From Nanobdellota archaeon (GTDB lineage Archaea; Nanobdellota; Nanobdellia; Parvarchaeales; Parvarchaeaceae): a stretch of 52,058 bases of DNA. Under the pieces are notes generated by a model. That model did not search any database and had not been told where the DNA came from. It was given only the letters and a program-made list of their open reading frames with translations. Made by a program: the position numbers and the translations under genes. Shown piece by piece: positions 1-7,189 of this stretch. Positions within the stretch are counted from its first letter, which is position 1. Each line of letters begins with the position of its first letter. Location: positions 1 through 52,058 of the forward strand of contig JAJZNV010000008.1 in assembly GCA_021852265.1 (NCBI GenBank), given 5' to 3'.

Positions 1-51
1 TCGCAAATTTAAACACTAAACGTTTTTATTAGTTCTCGCCGTAGTAATATC

Positions 52-1020
52 ATGTTCGATGTAGTAACCATCGGTTCTGCGACAAAGGATCTATTCTTGT
101 TCACAAACGACAGTAGCCTAAAACCTGGAATAAATGGTCATTTCTTAGAGATCCCCTCAGATAAAAAAATAGAGATAGATAAAAAACTTGCCTTTTCGGG
201 AGGTTCTGCGACAAATGCCGCTGCTACCTTCGCTAAATTCGGAAAAAGTGTCGCAGCAATAGCAAAGGTGGGCAAAGATGATAATGGACGATTCATACTT
301 GACGATTTGAGATCTCGGGGAATAGTTGCTGATTATATGATAGAATCTGAGGGAGAGACGCCTTTCTCCGATGTATTAGTATCAAAAAATGGACATATGG
401 TGCTGTTTATTTACCGTGGAATAGAGAGCACGCTGTCAATAGAGGACATAAAACTGGATTTTAAATCAAAGTGGCTATACATAGGGCCATTAGCAGGTGA
501 AAGCCACAAGATATTACCAGATATTGTGAGCTACTGTAAAGAGAATGGGATAAAAATAGTTTTTAATCCCGGTGCAGAAGAGTTAAATCTGAAGTTGAAA
601 AGAATGGAGTCATTATTAAAAGATATAGATGTCGTGAGCATGAATAATGACGAAGCTAAACAATTCGCAGGGTATGAAAATGATATAAAAAATATTTTGA
701 AACTTTCCAAAAGTGTGAAAAGAATCGCAATAATAACCCGCGGAGATAAAGGGTGTTTAGTAATGGACGGCAACGAATTATATGATGCCGGCGCCTTCAA
801 TGTAAAACAGACCAATTTTGTTGGCGCAGGTGATGCATTCCTATCAGGATTTATAAATGCGCTCATCGATGAAAAGGATACGCCAGAGGCGATTGCCCTG
901 GGAAGCTTTAATGCCAGTAATGTGGTGAAATTTTATGGTGCCAAGGACGGGATAATAAATGAATACCCGAAACAAAAATTAAAAATGCGGAGGATAAAAT
1001 ATGAAAAAAACCAAGTTTAA
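52..1020 (+). CDS. PfkB/ribokinase-family carbohydrate kinase (candidate 6-phosphofructokinase)
   Basis: N-terminal DVVTIGSA, GGSATNAA substrate motif, C-terminal GAGDAF anion hole; first gene of the glycolytic cluster. Confidence 0.9.
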   Translation: MFDVVTIGSATKDLFLFTNDSSLKPGINGHFLEIPSDKKIEIDKKLAFSGGSATNAAATFAKFGKSVAAIAKVGKDDNGRFILDDLRSRGIVADYMIESEGETPFSDVLVSKNGHMVLFIYRGIESTLSIEDIKLDFKSKWLYIGPLAGESHKILPDIVSYCKENGIKIVFNPGAEELNLKLKRMESLLKDIDVVSMNNDEAKQFAGYENDIKNILKLSKSVKRIAIITRGDKGCLVMDGNELYDAGAFNVKQTNFVGAGDAFLSGFINALIDEKDTPEAIALGSFNASNVVKFYGAKDGIINEYPKQKLKMRRIKYEKNQV

Positions 1021-1738
1021 GATGAGCGGAATTTACCTGGCATATGACCACGGCATGGAGCATGGACCAACCGATTTCAATGATCGGAACATTTCCCCTG
1101 CGTTTGTTATAGACCTAGCAAAAAAAGCAGAGGTTGATGCGCTAGTGCTTTTGAAGGGCGCAGCAAGAAAATATTATAACAACCATGTTGGAGTCCCCCT
1201 TATATTAAAGTTAAACCAAAAGACAAAGCTATGCGGAGGGGAGCCCTTATCCACACAGACCTGCAGCGTAAAAGAAGCTATTGCACTAGGTGCTGCCGCT
1301 GTCGGATATACCGTATACGCGGGTAGTAGATACGAACACGTAATGCTTAAGGAATTTGGTAAGATAGAAGAAGAGGCGCACAAATACGGCATTCCAGTGA
1401 TAATGTGGTCTTATCCTCGGGGGAGGACTATAAACGATGATGAGGCACCGGACATAATTGCTTATGCTGCGCGGGTTGCATTCGAGATGGGTGCTGACAT
1501 AGTAAAATTAAAATACCCAAATAATGACTCTAAACTTAACTGGGTAGTAAAGGCTGCGGATACTACCAAAGTATTTCTTTCTGGAGGGTCGATTGTAGAC
1601 GGCAGTACTTTGGAAGCTCGTGTTAGTCAGGTTATCGGCGCCGGATTTTCTGGTGTAGCAGTTGGCAGGAATATATTCCAGTCAGACAACCCTCTCGAGA
1701 GAATAAAGCGCTTAAAGGAGATAATAAAATCTACATAA
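1001..1738 (+). CDS. fba: Class I (DhnA/archaeal type) fructose-bisphosphate aldolase
   Basis: LAYDHGMEHGP, WSYPRG, Schiff-base Lys in ADIVKLKY, GVAVGRNIFQ. Confidence 0.88.
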   Translation: MKKTKFKMSGIYLAYDHGMEHGPTDFNDRNISPAFVIDLAKKAEVDALVLLKGAARKYYNNHVGVPLILKLNQKTKLCGGEPLSTQTCSVKEAIALGAAAVGYTVYAGSRYEHVMLKEFGKIEEEAHKYGIPVIMWSYPRGRTINDDEAPDIIAYAARVAFEMGADIVKLKYPNNDSKLNWVVKAADTTKVFLSGGSIVDGSTLEARVSQVIGAGFSGVAVGRNIFQSDNPLERIKRLKEIIKST

Positions 1739-1744
1739 ATTAAC

Positions 1745-2587
1745 ATGGGTAAGCTAAAAGTCTGTATAGATATCGGCGGTACGAAAACCATTGTCGCTAT
1801 ATTAAATGAGCAACTTAAAATACTTAATTGGACGGAGTTCTTTACGCCTGATAACAAAGAGGCATTCATCTCATTATTGAATGAAAAACTGGACAAAATC
1901 CCAAAAAAACCTTCTACAATAAATGTCGCTATACCTGGAAGGATAGATGAAAATGGGAGAGTGGTTATGTCACCTAATTCGCCATTGCTCGGACTGGATA
2001 TTAGAGCCTTATTACAAAAAAAATTTAAGACGGTAACAATATCCAACGATGCCAATTGTTTTGCAGTTTACGAATTATTCAAAGGTAAGTTAAAGCATTG
2101 CAGCCATGGACTTATTATTGTATGGGGCACTGGAATTGGTGGAAGTTTGGTGATAAACAGAAAGATATACTCTGGAAAAGGATTTGCATCTGAACTCGGT
2201 CATATAGCAGTCTTTGATAAGGACGGAGAGGATATAGAATCTATGGTGGGCGGTGCACATCTAAAGACACACTATGGCAATTCGGGTGCCGAACTGAACG
2301 CATTGGCTATGGCAAATAATGAAACCGCACTGCTCGCATTCGAAAAAATCGGGAAGATTTTCGGAAGGTTGATATATTCCTTAATCTACGCATTTGACCC
2401 TGAGAGAATCGTATTGGGCGGCAGCATGGTAAAATCATGGAAATTTATGAAGAATGCTGTAGACGAAGAGATAAAAAAACACAGCATCCGTGGCGGCACA
2501 AAGATTTCAATAAATACGGATAAATTCTATGTTATAAAGGGCTGTTACTTCCTAGATAATTATGAAAAAACTTATAATAAATTATAA
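1745..2587 (+). CDS. ROK-family sugar kinase (probable glucokinase)
   Basis: DIGGTK, NDANC, GTGIGG and ELGH motifs. Confidence 0.88.
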   Translation: MGKLKVCIDIGGTKTIVAILNEQLKILNWTEFFTPDNKEAFISLLNEKLDKIPKKPSTINVAIPGRIDENGRVVMSPNSPLLGLDIRALLQKKFKTVTISNDANCFAVYELFKGKLKHCSHGLIIVWGTGIGGSLVINRKIYSGKGFASELGHIAVFDKDGEDIESMVGGAHLKTHYGNSGAELNALAMANNETALLAFEKIGKIFGRLIYSLIYAFDPERIVLGGSMVKSWKFMKNAVDEEIKKHSIRGGTKISINTDKFYVIKGCYFLDNYEKTYNKL

Positions 2588-3239
2588 GGCATATCGTGAA
2601 GGTATTGATCACGGTGAGGGTATCGCAAAGATTGCAAATACCGTGGCAAAAAAGTTTAATGTAGACATCATTGTCTCGCCACCCTTTACAATGCTAAAGG
2701 AACTTTCGAAGATGTGTAAAACGATAGCGCAGGGCGTCGACGAGATAGATCCTGGTGCATTTACCGGACACGTAAGTTGGTACGAGATAAAGCAAAGTGG
2801 TGCAATGGGCACACTTCTCAATCATTCCGAAGAGAGATGTATAGATAGTAAAAACGGTGCTATTGTATATTCTGCACTGAAGAAAGCCATAGACCTATGT
2901 ACGCAAAATGGATTGGAAACTTATGTTTGCGTCCAAAATATAAAGGAAGCTCTCGAGGTATGTAAGATGAGACCAACTGCAATTGCGTATGAACCGCCTG
3001 AATTAATTGGTGGCATCATTTCGGTGTCCGATGCTCAACCGGGGATAGTAAAGGAATTTATAGAGCTGGTAAATAAAAATTGCAGTTCTATACCTCTTAT
3101 AGGAGCAGGGATAAAAACGGCGGCAGATGTTAAAAAGGCCGTGGAATTAGGAAGTGCAGGGATACTTGTTGCATCTGGAGTAGTGAAATCTAAAGATTTC
3201 AAATCTGCGATATCAGAACTGGCTGAACCCCTTGCTTGA
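2562..3239 (+). CDS. tpiA: Triosephosphate isomerase, archaeal type
   Basis: NYKAY, NHSE, YEPPELIG catalytic motifs; GILVASGVVK; 225 aa. Confidence 0.95.
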   Translation: MKKLIINYKAYREGIDHGEGIAKIANTVAKKFNVDIIVSPPFTMLKELSKMCKTIAQGVDEIDPGAFTGHVSWYEIKQSGAMGTLLNHSEERCIDSKNGAIVYSALKKAIDLCTQNGLETYVCVQNIKEALEVCKMRPTAIAYEPPELIGGIISVSDAQPGIVKEFIELVNKNCSSIPLIGAGIKTAADVKKAVELGSAGILVASGVVKSKDFKSAISELAEPLA

Positions 3240-3257
3240 CATTATCACTATAAATAA

Positions 3258-4415
3258 TTATTGTGTTATCGCAGTTTCTATATTTGACATCTGTGACTGA
3301 ACAGCAGACGTGTTACATACCGCTTCGGAACCCAGAGTATAATAACATAAAGTCGCATCTAAAAATGAGACTGCGTTATTAAATAAATTCGATAGAGTCG
3401 TGTTCGTTTTTAATGTATGATTAACCTCGGTGATATTCATCCCATTAAAAATCAGTGGCGACAGCATTGAAGAAACCCCTATAAATTTACCACCTATATC
3501 TAGAAAGGGAGTAAAGCTTCCATAGATACTATTTAGGCTAATTGCATTTTGGTCATACTGAAAAAGTTCTTTTTGCGCTGTTTGGTCCTGTACTGAGCTC
3601 AGGTTATAAGCGACGAATGAAAAAATCTTGCTATTAAAGGACATGTTTTCAAAGTTGTACATTGGCTCTGGTCCAATGGTTTGCGTAGTGGTCGCACTTA
3701 TCGCTCCTGACTGTAGAGTACTGTCGCCACTAAAATTGCCGAAATTTTGTAGGGCATTCTTTATTATCAAGCTCTGAACCGCACTGAATGGCGAGTCGCT
3801 GTATATTAATAGAATTTCAGTTTTGTTTCCTTTAGTTAGATTGCTAACATTTGATTGCATAAGAAATTCCGTTGGATTTATGTCATAAAAGGCAGGTGAG
3901 CTGCGCGAAAGCCCATAAACGTTGGATACATTGTAGATATCCGTAACCGTTATAGTTCTGTTCTGAATTATACTAAAGTAGGTAAGCTTACCTAAGAGCC
4001 CTGAAATGAAGGGCGTGTTCAAAACAAAACTATTGCTTTCTACATTGAACATATTTAGATAAACCATTGCACTCAAGACATTGGCGGAGATACTTGTCTG
4101 TGGCATTACTACTGAGGGAAGAGCAGTCACTGAATTATTAGCAATAAAACTATTGCCCTCTTGTGTACCGAATAAAGCCTGCGCCTGAGAATTGGAATAA
4201 CTCTGTCCTGCTAAAATCGAGTATATCACAGAAGGTATTTGATTTGAGCAGGCTTGGCACTTTGTTGTAGACACCTCCACAAATGCTGAATTTAAGTTTA
4301 TATTGTTAGTGCTTCCGGCAGAGAATGTATTAGAGGTCATCAAAAAATAGCCAGCTAAAAAAACTCCAAAAAGAATCACGGGTATTATCAGAATAAACTT
4401 GAAGGTTACAATCAT
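3258..4415 (-). CDS. Membrane-anchored extracellular protein, DUF929-like
   Basis: N-terminal TM helix; Ser/Asn/Thr-rich; ALQNFGNFS and GSFTPFLDIGGKF resemble DUF929. Confidence 0.6.
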   Translation of the reverse strand: MIVTFKFILIIPVILFGVFLAGYFLMTSNTFSAGSTNNINLNSAFVEVSTTKCQACSNQIPSVIYSILAGQSYSNSQAQALFGTQEGNSFIANNSVTALPSVVMPQTSISANVLSAMVYLNMFNVESNSFVLNTPFISGLLGKLTYFSIIQNRTITVTDIYNVSNVYGLSRSSPAFYDINPTEFLMQSNVSNLTKGNKTEILLIYSDSPFSAVQSLIIKNALQNFGNFSGDSTLQSGAISATTTQTIGPEPMYNFENMSFNSKIFSFVAYNLSSVQDQTAQKELFQYDQNAISLNSIYGSFTPFLDIGGKFIGVSSMLSPLIFNGMNITEVNHTLKTNTTLSNLFNNAVSFLDATLCYYTLGSEAVCNTSAVQSQMSNIETAITQ

Positions 4416-5209
4416 ATGAACATTGATCTAACTGATGAAATCTTAGACTCATCCGCTGCAGATAGTTCTATAGGAGTGACGGTTATGTAACCATCCATGA
4501 GAGAGCGCACATCAGAATCCTCACTCAAATTCTTCTTTAGTGTGCCATATAACCAATAGTACTCGCGTCCATGCGGGTCTGTTTTTACGTCAACGAGATC
4601 TTCAAATATACCTCTGTCTGTCTTTACGACCTTTATCTTTGTAGTTTCTTTAACCTGTTTTGGGAAATTTATGTTCAATAGCTCTACGCCGGTCGGAAAC
4701 CCGGATTTTTTAATCTTTTTCAAGAACTCTACGGTTTTTGAATAAACTTCCTCAGAATCGCCATCAAATGTGTCGTCACTATCGCTTACTGTAGACACTG
4801 CTGACATATTATCCCTTGCTTTTGAGAAAGCGATGCTCGGAATTTTGTATATTGCTGCGAACATCGCTGCGGAAATGGTTCCTGAAGAGTATACTGTATC
4901 AAGGCCAACGTTCATCCCTTGATTTATACCGGATAAGACCATCTCTATCTTGTTCTTAAACAGGTGATTTAGGGATATAAAAACGCAGTCTGCCGGTGTA
5001 CCAGAAACTGACAGACATGGCATCCCCTTATATTCCAGTCTTTCTATCCTCAATGGTTTATGGAAGGTAAAACTCATTCCGGTGGAGCTTTGCAGGCTAT
5101 CGGGAGTGACCACCACAACATCATCCCCGAATACTTTCTTTGCGGCACGGTATAAGACGTTAATCCCTGCGCTTTTATATCCATCATCATTTGTTATCAG
5201 TACGGTCAT
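4412..5209 (-). CDS. surE: 5'/3'-nucleotidase SurE
   Basis: LITNDDG, GTPADCV, SGINQG, YSSGT motifs. Confidence 0.95.
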   Translation of the reverse strand: MTVLITNDDGYKSAGINVLYRAAKKVFGDDVVVVTPDSLQSSTGMSFTFHKPLRIERLEYKGMPCLSVSGTPADCVFISLNHLFKNKIEMVLSGINQGMNVGLDTVYSSGTISAAMFAAIYKIPSIAFSKARDNMSAVSTVSDSDDTFDGDSEEVYSKTVEFLKKIKKSGFPTGVELLNINFPKQVKETTKIKVVKTDRGIFEDLVDVKTDPHGREYYWLYGTLKKNLSEDSDVRSLMDGYITVTPIELSAADESKISSVRSMFI

Positions 5210-5307
5210 AATCGATTGTTTTTAATCTTTAAATTTAAGAAGCGTGCTCATATAAATACTCTAAAAATTCTCTAAGAGTACCCTCAATTGACCGCTTTCA
5301 AAATTGT

Positions 5308-5607
5308 TCAACCGAATAGGCTACTTAGACCTGCGGCAGCTTCTTCTGCTTTTGGCTCTTCCTTTTTCTCTTCTTTCTTGCCTTCGTGGTGCTGAGGCGC
5401 TGCCTGAGCGGCCGGTGCGGCTATTTGAGAAACCTGTGCTTCGCTTATTACTTTATCGATATCCACGCCCTTAAGCGCTGATACTACTGATTTTATCTGC
5501 GCCTCGTCTGGCTGTGCACCAGTAGAAGAGATAACACTCTTAAGCGTTTCTTCACTTATTTCCTTTCCTAAGCTGTGTAGTAACATTGCTGCGTATACAT
5601 ACTCCAT
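5308..5607 (-). CDS. rpl12: 50S ribosomal stalk protein P1/L12
   Basis: [11 protein letters not shown] start, Ala-rich hinge, GLSSLFG C-terminus. Confidence 0.97.
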   Translation of the reverse strand: MEYVYAAMLLHSLGKEISEETLKSVISSTGAQPDEAQIKSVVSALKGVDIDKVISEAQVSQIAAPAAQAAPQHHEGKKEEKKEEPKAEEAAAGLSSLFG

Positions 5608-5613
5608 ATTTCT

Positions 5614-6459
5614 TCATTTGCCTCCTGTTATATTAGTCAATGCACCGGCTTGCACCGTCGCCTTAGCTAATATGTCTTTAATAGTTGATTTTGACACTAT
5701 ATTTTTATCTATAGATAAAAATCTTACTCCTATATAAATCTTTTTAATTACGTTTTTCACAGAATATCTGTTCAAAATTCCCCTCTCGACCGAAAGAGAA
5801 AGCGAATTGTTAAAGGCAAGCTTTATCATTGAGGTGTATTCTTCTTTATTTTTGTAAAGTATAGTTTTACCGAATATTATATTATCATTTAGAGCATAAA
5901 CAACTGAAAGCATTATTTCCTTGGGTTTTATCTCCATGCTTGAAAGTATAGATGCAATCTTTTCAGTTACTGCTGCGCCTTTCTTTACAACCGTTGTGTC
6001 AGCAATTATAGATATTTTGCCCCCCTCATTTTTTGTCTTTACACCTATTGAAGAGAACTGTGACAACATTGGGCCGGGCGGAAAGGGCGTTGGTCCAGCT
6101 GGAAGGATTATATCATCGGGAGCTGGCTCACCACCTTTCAATTTCGCATAAGCCTTATTTTCCGATGCCATACGGGCTATTTCAAATGGTTCCAGATTTG
6201 AAAGCATCAACACTGGCATAAGAACGTCATTAACCTTTTCTGCGAGTGAAGGCTTGACTGTTTTCAATGCATTGTATATGACGACCTTGTTGATATAAAC
6301 GAAATCAGCCGAATTTCTGAATACTTTCCTCACTTGCTCGAAGTTATCGGATGGGAAACTGGACATTTCAACCAGTGCAATAGTCTTATATTTTGCTAAG
6401 GTCTTACTGAGTTTTTCCGCCTCTTTAGTTTTTTTTATCGAACCTTTTGATTTATTCAT
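5614..6459 (-). CDS. rpl10: 50S ribosomal protein uL10 (P0)
   Basis: GEPAPDDIILPAGPTPFPPGP insertion domain typical of archaeal P0; lies between uL1 and L12. Confidence 0.92.
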   Translation of the reverse strand: MNKSKGSIKKTKEAEKLSKTLAKYKTIALVEMSSFPSDNFEQVRKVFRNSADFVYINKVVIYNALKTVKPSLAEKVNDVLMPVLMLSNLEPFEIARMASENKAYAKLKGGEPAPDDIILPAGPTPFPPGPMLSQFSSIGVKTKNEGGKISIIADTTVVKKGAAVTEKIASILSSMEIKPKEIMLSVVYALNDNIIFGKTILYKNKEEYTSMIKLAFNNSLSLSVERGILNRYSVKNVIKKIYIGVRFLSIDKNIVSKSTIKDILAKATVQAGALTNITGGK

Positions 6460-7100
6460 AGAGCCACCAATTTACCCATCGTAGGTTTTAGATATACATG
6501 TTTTATGCCGGCCTCGCCGTTCAATAATGCGGATTTTATTACCGAATAAATAGCATTTACATTGCTGATTATGTTTTTGTCCTCACTTTTAACATCTCCC
6601 ACTTTTACTGACATTGCATTGTTCTTTTTAGTGGATAACCGGGTCATGAACTGTATCTTTTCCACGGCCGCTTTCAAGTTTGAAGAAGGAGTTACCACCG
6701 TATTTGTTTTTGGATTCGGCATCTTATTCAGCGCAGTAAGCTGCTTACCAAATTTAGCGGCTACGGGTGCCATTATGGAAGCTTCTGCAAAAAAGTAATC
6801 GAACTCGTGAGTCAAACGCCTTATTGACTTCTTCTCGAAGTTTGCGAAGTCATCCTTCAATATTACTTTAGAAAACACACCACTCGATTGAGTAGACATA
6901 TCCTTATCGACGAATGCACAGGTCTTAACCTCTCTAACCTTATTTGGTAGATATACTATGCTGTCAACGGGTTCTTCCGCTTTTGACTTTCTGGGCTTTG
7001 TAATTATGACCAGATCTATCGACTGATTAAACTTCTTTTTGGACTTTTCGGCTTCCTTCTTCACTTCCGTGACGGCTTTCTCTAAACTTTGAGCATCCAT
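6456..7100 (-). CDS. rpl1: 50S ribosomal protein uL1 (start more likely at 7100, MDAQ, than at 7157)
   Basis: KKKFNQSIDL, KMPNP, KPTMGK motifs; operon position. Confidence 0.9.
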   Translation of the reverse strand: MDAQSLEKAVTEVKKEAEKSKKKFNQSIDLVIITKPRKSKAEEPVDSIVYLPNKVREVKTCAFVDKDMSTQSSGVFSKVILKDDFANFEKKSIRRLTHEFDYFFAEASIMAPVAAKFGKQLTALNKMPNPKTNTVVTPSSNLKAAVEKIQFMTRLSTKKNNAMSVKVGDVKSEDKNIISNVNAIYSVIKSALLNGEAGIKHVYLKPTMGKLVAL

Positions 7101-7189
7101 AATTGGAATATTATGAACCTTAGCCTTTTTAAGGTTTTTGATATTGAGGCTATGCACGATAACAACATCCGTTATTTAACATGTCTACT

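Noticed and set aside
4750-4815. Acidic Ser/Asp-rich insertion in SurE
   Set aside because: Falls in a variable surface loop; no evidence of function
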